Part shown: positions 59,009-64,000 of the stretch, piece after piece
Layout: each line of letters begins with the position of its first letter
Numbering within the stretch: the stretch's first letter is position 1
Assembly: GCA_965242925.1 (NCBI GenBank)
Contig: CBDEUM010000013.1
Coordinates: forward strand, 32,001-96,000
Origin: Roseibacillus sp.
GTDB taxonomy: Bacteria > Verrucomicrobiota > Verrucomicrobiia > Verrucomicrobiales > Akkermansiaceae
Length of the DNA stretch: 64,000 nucleotides
Reading direction: 5' to 3'
Program-made: the position numbers and the translations under genes
Notes under the pieces: generated by a model
What the model was told of the DNA's origin: nothing
Seen by the model: the letters and a program-made list of their open reading frames with translations, nothing else
The model's database searches: none

Positions 59009-60958
59009 TTACTTCTCGGCGTCAACGACTTCCGCATCAACGACCTTGCCCTTGGCCTCACGGGGCTCTTCCGGAGCGTCCTCGGGAGGCACTGATCCCG
59101 CTCCAGCCCCCGCAGCTGCGGCTGCGGCAGGGTCCATTCCCGCTGCCCCGGCAGCCTGCTGGGCGGCAGCCATGAGTTCGCCCATGGTTTTCTCAAGCTC
59201 TTCGACAGCCGGCCGCACCGCTTCCATATCGGCGGCCTTGAGGGCCTCGCGCACCGCTTCGGTTTTCGCCTCCAGATTGCTCTTCAGCTCGACAGGTGCC
59301 TGGTCGCCCAGTTCCTCAAGCTGTTTCTCGACCTGGTAGACGAGATGCTCGGCCTTGTTCTTTTCGTCGATCTCCTCGGCGCGTTTCTTGTCTTCCTCCG
59401 AGTGGGCCTCCGCCTCCCGTTTGGCCTTCTCAATCTCGTCATCACTCAGGCCGCTGGACCCTTCAATGGAGATCTTCTTTTCATTGCCGTTCTTCTTGTC
59501 GCTGGCGGTCACATGCAGGATCCCGTTGGAGTCGATGTCGAAGGTGACTTCGATCTGGGGCATGCCGCGCGGCGCGGATTCAATGCCCTCCAGATTAAAG
59601 GTTCCGAGAATCTTGTTGTTGGCGAATATGGGTCGTTCGCCCTGGCAGACCCGGATTGTCACCTCGGGCTGGTGATCCGCCGCAGTGGAGAAGATCTGGG
59701 ATTTTTGTACCGGGATGGTGGTATTGCGCTCGATCATCGGGGTGGATCGGCTGCCCTCCGTTTCGATCGCAAGCGTGAGCGGAGTGACATCAAGCAGGAC
59801 CACATCCTTGACGTCGCCTTGCAGGACGCCCCCCTGAATCCCGGCTCCGATAGCAACCACCTCGTCCGGATTCACCCCCTTGTGGGGCTCCTTGCCCGCA
59901 AGCTCCCTGGCCACTTCATGGACCTTGGGCATCCGGGTCATCCCGCCCACCAGCACGAGTTCATCGATCTCGCTGGCACTGACGCCCGCCTCCTGCAGGC
60001 AATCGCGTACCGGCTGCTTGGTACGATCCAGCAAGTGCTCGGTAAGCTGCTCCAGCTTGGAACGGGAGATCTCCATCTGGATATGTTTGGGCCCGGTCTG
60101 GTCTGCCGTCACGAAGGGCAGGTTGATTTCGTAGGTATTAGAGGAACTCAGCGCAATCTTGGCCTTCTCTGCCTCCTCCTTGATGCGCTGCAGGGCATCC
60201 GGCTGCCCCCCCAGATCAATGTCCTCCTTCGCTTTGAATTCGGAGACCACCCAGTCGATGATGGCGTTGTCCCAGTCGTCACCACCAAGCTGCGTGTCTC
60301 CGTCGGTGGCCATCACTTCGAAGACTCCGTCCCCGATATCGAGAACCGAAATATCGAAGGTCCCGCCTCCGAGGTCGTAAACGGCGATCTTCTCATCGCT
60401 CTCCCTGTCGAGCCCGTAGGCCAGCGAGGCGGCTGTGGGCTCGTTGATGATGCGGCGGACCTTCAATCCCGCGATCTCCCCCGAAGCCTTGGTGGCGTTA
60501 CGCTGTGAATCGTTGAAATAAGCCGGCACCGTGATGACCGCCTCTTCGATGGTCTCTCCCAGCTTGGCCTCTGCATCGGACTTCATCTTGGCAAGGACCA
60601 TGGCGGAGATCTCCTGCGGGGAGTACGTCTTTTTCTCACCATCCACTTCCACCTCGATGTGGGCGTCGCCATTCGGTGCTTCCACGATGGTGTATGGAAG
60701 TTTCTTGTCCTCTTTGGTAAGCTCAGCGAATTTGCGCCCGATCAGGCGTTTGGCAGAGAAAATCGTGTTCCTGGGATTAGTCACCGCCTGGCGCTTGGCA
60801 GCCTGTCCTACCAGACGCTCTCCACCCTTCGCAAAGGCCACCACTGAGGGAGTCGTCCGGGCCCCTTCCGAATTCTCAAGGACAACCGGTTCGCCGGCCT
60901 CCATCACGGCCATGCAGGAGTTCGTGGTCCCAAGGTCAATTCCGAGTATTTTTGCCAT
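59009..60958 (-). CDS. dnaK: Chaperone DnaK
   Basis: [55 protein letters not shown]. Confidence 0.99.
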   Translation of the reverse strand: MAKILGIDLGTTNSCMAVMEAGEPVVLENSEGARTTPSVVAFAKGGERLVGQAAKRQAVTNPRNTIFSAKRLIGRKFAELTKEDKKLPYTIVEAPNGDAHIEVEVDGEKKTYSPQEISAMVLAKMKSDAEAKLGETIEEAVITVPAYFNDSQRNATKASGEIAGLKVRRIINEPTAASLAYGLDRESDEKIAVYDLGGGTFDISVLDIGDGVFEVMATDGDTQLGGDDWDNAIIDWVVSEFKAKEDIDLGGQPDALQRIKEEAEKAKIALSSSNTYEINLPFVTADQTGPKHIQMEISRSKLEQLTEHLLDRTKQPVRDCLQEAGVSASEIDELVLVGGMTRMPKVHEVARELAGKEPHKGVNPDEVVAIGAGIQGGVLQGDVKDVVLLDVTPLTLAIETEGSRSTPMIERNTTIPVQKSQIFSTAADHQPEVTIRVCQGERPIFANNKILGTFNLEGIESAPRGMPQIEVTFDIDSNGILHVTASDKKNGNEKKISIEGSSGLSDDEIEKAKREAEAHSEEDKKRAEEIDEKNKAEHLVYQVEKQLEELGDQAPVELKSNLEAKTEAVREALKAADMEAVRPAVEELEKTMGELMAAAQQAAGAAGMDPAAAAAAGAGAGSVPPEDAPEEPREAKGKVVDAEVVDAEK

Positions 60959-61061
60959 GTGCTTAAATCCTTTCCGTTGAGGTAGCCCGGTAGAGATCCG
61001 GATTTCCCTTCAGGTCTGTTAAAAGTGAATCATCAGGGCTGGCCCCGACGGGGTTCTCTAT

Positions 61062-61077
61062 GGCAGATCCTGTGCCA
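61062..61077 (-). promoter_or_regulatory. Putative sigma54 (-24/-12) promoter of dnaK-groES-groEL
   Basis: Minus strand TGGCACAGGATCTGC, with exact GG-N10-GC spacing, about 105 nt upstream of the dnaK ATG. Confidence 0.65.
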
Positions 61078-61110
61078 GCCAGGACTGAAAATCACTTAAC
61101 TGACTGATCA

Positions 61111-61123
61111 TAAGTGCTTGATG
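61111..61123 (-). promoter_or_regulatory. Putative IHF site
   Basis: CATCAAGCACTTA against consensus WATCAANNNNTTR (one mismatch), in an AT-rich patch between the promoter and candidate enhancer. Confidence 0.5.
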
Positions 61124-61157
61124 GATTTATAAGGCACTTCCCGCAAACGTTTCACTC

Positions 61158-61269
61158 GCGTCATTTTGACTCAATTTCCCCTTCCTGATCGGCCCAATTG
61201 TCGCAGTGACACAGTCTGGCACACCCTCAGCTAAAGCCTCTCTCCCGCATCACCGCCCAAACTGACAGA
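61158..61269. promoter_or_regulatory. Candidate enhancer (bEBP binding sites)
   Basis: Imperfect palindrome GCGTCA-TTT-TGACTCA plus related half-sites TGTCGCA, TGACACA, TGGCACA, TGACAGA. Confidence 0.45.
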
Positions 61270-61503
61270 AGGTAGCGCTTTTCGCCTCCGGCTGGAAATC
61301 GTTGCGTGCCTAACTCAGCAGGATACACGCTGTTGCCCGAAGCAGTTCAAAGCAAGCGCACCGGTTCTCTCTTGCCTCTCCCTGCACCTTCTGCGCCGCC
61401 ATCGCCCTGACTCAACCGATCTAGAGGAAGGTGATGTGACACATCGAACGCGGGATCGACAAGCGCCCCTTCAATGCCCAAGAATCCCTCCAAGAAGTTC
61501 CTC

Positions 61504-63264
61504 ATGACCGATCAACAGAATCACGAAAACGCAGACGGTACAGCACCGGAAGAGCAGGTTCCCAAGAAAAAGGCCGCCACGAAGGCTCCCAAATTTATTT
61601 TCCCTGGCGCCGAGGAAGATCCGCCCTCCCCTTCCACTTCTGCCTTGGACTCCCCAACCGACCAAGCCTCCGCCGAACCACCTCCCACTCCCCCGGCCGA
61701 GCCTGCCCCGGCAGCGGCCGAACCACCTCCCACTCCCCCGGCCGAGCCTGCCCCGGTAGCAGCCGAACCACCTCCCACTCCCCCGGCCGAGCCTGCCCCG
61801 GCAGCAGTCGAACCACCTCCCACTCCCCCGGCCGAGCCTGCCCCGGTAGCAGCCGAACCACCTCCCACTCCCCCGGCCGAGCCTGCCCCGGCAGCAGCCG
61901 AGCCACCTCCCACTCCCCCGGCCGAGCCTGCCCCGGCAGCTCCCCCCGCTCAATCCCCTGCGCCGGTAGCAGGTGCAAAGCCCGGACAGATCAGCTTTGG
62001 CGGGTCCACGCCCGCACCCCCCGCGGGAGATTCCATTCCCCTCGCTGCGCCCGCGAGCGCGGATGCCACTCCCGGTCCCTCCACCTTCATCTCGGGCAGC
62101 ACCGAGACCAAGGGGGGAGGAGTCAGCAACGCCGTCAAGTTCACCATCGTAACTGTTCTGGTGGCAGCCATCATCATTACGGGTATCGTCGTCCTCGGAA
62201 AATCCGGAGAGAACAAGCGCGCGGAAACCCTGAACAGGCTCCTCGCCCAGGTGGCGGAAGAGGGCGTCAGGGAACTCGCCACCACCGAGGAAGAAGCGGA
62301 GGTTCTCCTCGGGGCCGCCAGGTCCCTCAAGACCAAAGGCGACCGGGAAGCCATCTACCAGCGCCTGCTGCTCGCCAAGGGTAGCGGAGTCAACCTCGAC
62401 GAGTTGATCGCCAAGTTCGCGGGCGATGAGGAAAACGCAATGACCCCGGACATCCGGGTCAAGTTCTTCCAGGTCGTGCAGGGACGCAACTCCCCCCATT
62501 CCCTCCCCTTCCTGATTGAACACGCGCAAAACGCCTCCAGACCGGCGACTGCTTCTGCCGCGCTGAAGGCCGCCCGGAAACTGGCCACCGACGACAATCT
62601 GCCCGCCCTCCTCGGGATCATCCAGTTCAACGCGAGCAGCCAGATCCAGCAGGATGCCAAACGCACAATCACCTCTCTGGCCGAACGCAGCACCGCCCGC
62701 AACGAAATCGCCACGGCAATAAAGAACTCCCATGACAGCGCCACCAGTGATGATGCCAAAAACATCTTTCTTGAACTCCTCGGCTCAACCGGGGGCGACA
62801 CTGCGGCCGGAATCATCAGGGAAACCCTGAAGAGCGATAGCAAGACCACTCGTATCGCCGCCATTGCCGCCCTCGGCACCTGGGCGGACGACAGTCAGTT
62901 CGATGTCCTCCTGAACTACATGGCCGGGGAGCAGGATGACACCCTGCGCAAACGGGCTTTCGCCTCGTCCTACCAGTTTCTGACGAAGGACCGCAAACGC
63001 GATGCTCTCGCCCTTGAGGACATGTGGAAGGCCCTCGCGCAGGAAGCGGGAACCGAAAGCGAAAAAAAACAGATCGTAAATGGTCTGGCCAATATCGTGG
63101 AGGACTGGTCCTTCGCGGTGGTGGAATTCTTTCTTGAGGATGAAAACGACGAGGTTTCCTTCCGGGCGGAAAAGGCCTTGGACCATATGAAAGAGAAGCG
63201 TAATCGGCTTAATCCGGATCGTGACGACGATAAGGATACCGAGGATGACAAAGGTGCTGAGTAG
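61504..63264 (+). CDS. Bitopic membrane protein with Pro-rich repeats and a HEAT-repeat domain
   Basis: AEPPPTPPAEPAP repeats, TM (FTIVTVLVAAIIITGIVVL), HEAT-like units (TRIAAIAALGTWAD). Confidence 0.85.
   Translation: MTDQQNHENADGTAPEEQVPKKKAATKAPKFIFPGAEEDPPSPSTSALDSPTDQASAEPPPTPPAEPAPAAAEPPPTPPAEPAPVAAEPPPTPPAEPAPAAVEPPPTPPAEPAPVAAEPPPTPPAEPAPAAAEPPPTPPAEPAPAAPPAQSPAPVAGAKPGQISFGGSTPAPPAGDSIPLAAPASADATPGPSTFISGSTETKGGGVSNAVKFTIVTVLVAAIIITGIVVLGKSGENKRAETLNRLLAQVAEEGVRELATTEEEAEVLLGAARSLKTKGDREAIYQRLLLAKGSGVNLDELIAKFAGDEENAMTPDIRVKFFQVVQGRNSPHSLPFLIEHAQNASRPATASAALKAARKLATDDNLPALLGIIQFNASSQIQQDAKRTITSLAERSTARNEIATAIKNSHDSATSDDAKNIFLELLGSTGGDTAAGIIRETLKSDSKTTRIAAIAALGTWADDSQFDVLLNYMAGEQDDTLRKRAFASSYQFLTKDRKRDALALEDMWKALAQEAGTESEKKQIVNGLANIVEDWSFAVVEFFLEDENDEVSFRAEKALDHMKEKRNRLNPDRDDDKDTEDDKGAE
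61672..61941 (+). repeat. 45-bp in-frame tandem repeat, 6 copies
   Basis: Encodes [AV]EPPPTPPAEPAP[AV]A x6 with near-identical DNA. Confidence 0.95.
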
Positions 63265-63409
63265 ATAGTCGGCCCCGCAGCCATTCCTGCGCTTATCTCT
63301 CTGATTCCCCGCTATTGCGATGGTGAGAACCATCGATAAGGGGATCAGCCCCCCTCTTCCCCCGGACCGTCAACCCCTCCCGGAACCTTGAGGGGAAAGC
63401 GCTTCCCTC

Positions 63410-64000
63410 TCATTTCGTTCTCAACGACTGCCACAACCAGTGGATTAAGCGCAACGTCAGAATCGTTCCCACAAACTGCCAGAACCAGAAGGCCCGTGGC
63501 AGGGACCGCATGATGTCGGCCCCCGCATCCGTCATCGGCAGCATCACCCCCGACGCATACACCGGTGCCATCACCGGAGAGATCCCCATCAACCACGTCG
63601 CCACCACGCTGAATCCCATCGTGCCCAGGATCGATCCCACCATGATCGGAACCACTCCAATGAAAATGGCCGCCATGCCCGCCGCCCGGGGTCCGCGCCC
63701 CTCGAGGAGGGCATGGAAACCAAGGCCACCCGTCGCCATCACCAGCAGGAAGGCTGCGATCGCCATCGTCGGCAACTCTTGCCCGGGGAACCAGCGCGAC
63801 TCGACCAGTTCCTTCGCAAAGAGGTGCCATCCCACCGCCCCCATCCCGACCATCAGGACCAGCCAGGGAAAGGCAGTGGCCGGATCCGAGACCGGGGAGA
63901 AGCGCCGCCTGCCGAGCTTGCGGATCCTCCGCCATCCCCGCAAACGCGTCTCCGCGTTCGGGGAGATCATCAGCATCATCACCCACAGCATCATCAGGGT
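63410..64000 (-). CDS. 3' end of a polytopic membrane protein (possibly ABC-permease-like), 5'-truncated
   Basis: Several consecutive TM helices; reading frame runs to the window edge. Confidence 0.7.
   Translation of the reverse strand, partial: TLMMLWVMMLMISPNAETRLRGWRRIRKLGRRRFSPVSDPATAFPWLVLMVGMGAVGWHLFAKELVESRWFPGQELPTMAIAAFLLVMATGGLGFHALLEGRGPRAAGMAAIFIGVVPIMVGSILGTMGFSVVATWLMGISPVMAPVYASGVMLPMTDAGADIMRSLPRAFWFWQFVGTILTLRLIHWLWQSLRTK

Noticed and set aside
58915..59196. 191-aa extended GroES
   Set aside because: The extension overlaps the dnaK 3' end; the canonical GroES start is ATG 58914.

Overview
High-GC bacterial chromosomal segment, most likely from Verrucomicrobiota (Verrucomicrobiales-like). 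This is inferred from the multiple sulfatases, a CotH/lamin-tail protein, a DUF1080 domain, a DUF5069-like protein, the pilin styles and the dnaK-groES-groEL gene order. The window has three parts. (1) 1-25 kb: an exported-enzyme region with four Cys-type sulfatases (one a DUF1080-sulfatase-HEAT fusion), a metallophosphoesterase, a CotH kinase-like surface protein, a Tat-exported sulfite-oxidase-family molybdoenzyme, a DsbD-N-like protein and an SGNH/beta-propeller/azurin fusion. (2) 25-46 kb: a ~20 kb type IV filament locus. It carries a divergent PilT-like ATPase, a major pilin, PilM/N-, PilO- and PilP-like proteins, a secretin, a stand-alone GspE/PilB N-domain protein, PilB, PilC, a second pilin, a convergent minor-pilin operon ending in a 637-aa PilX-like protein, a DPBB/RlpA-like protein and several unassigned exported proteins, and it is preceded by a structured leader. 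(3) 46-64 kb: housekeeping genes (ppdK, rnr, dnaK-groES-groEL), with an apparent sigma54/IHF/enhancer promoter rather than CIRCE ahead of dnaK. I found no tRNA, rRNA, CRISPR array or transposase. All calls come from reading motifs by eye; no database searches were run.
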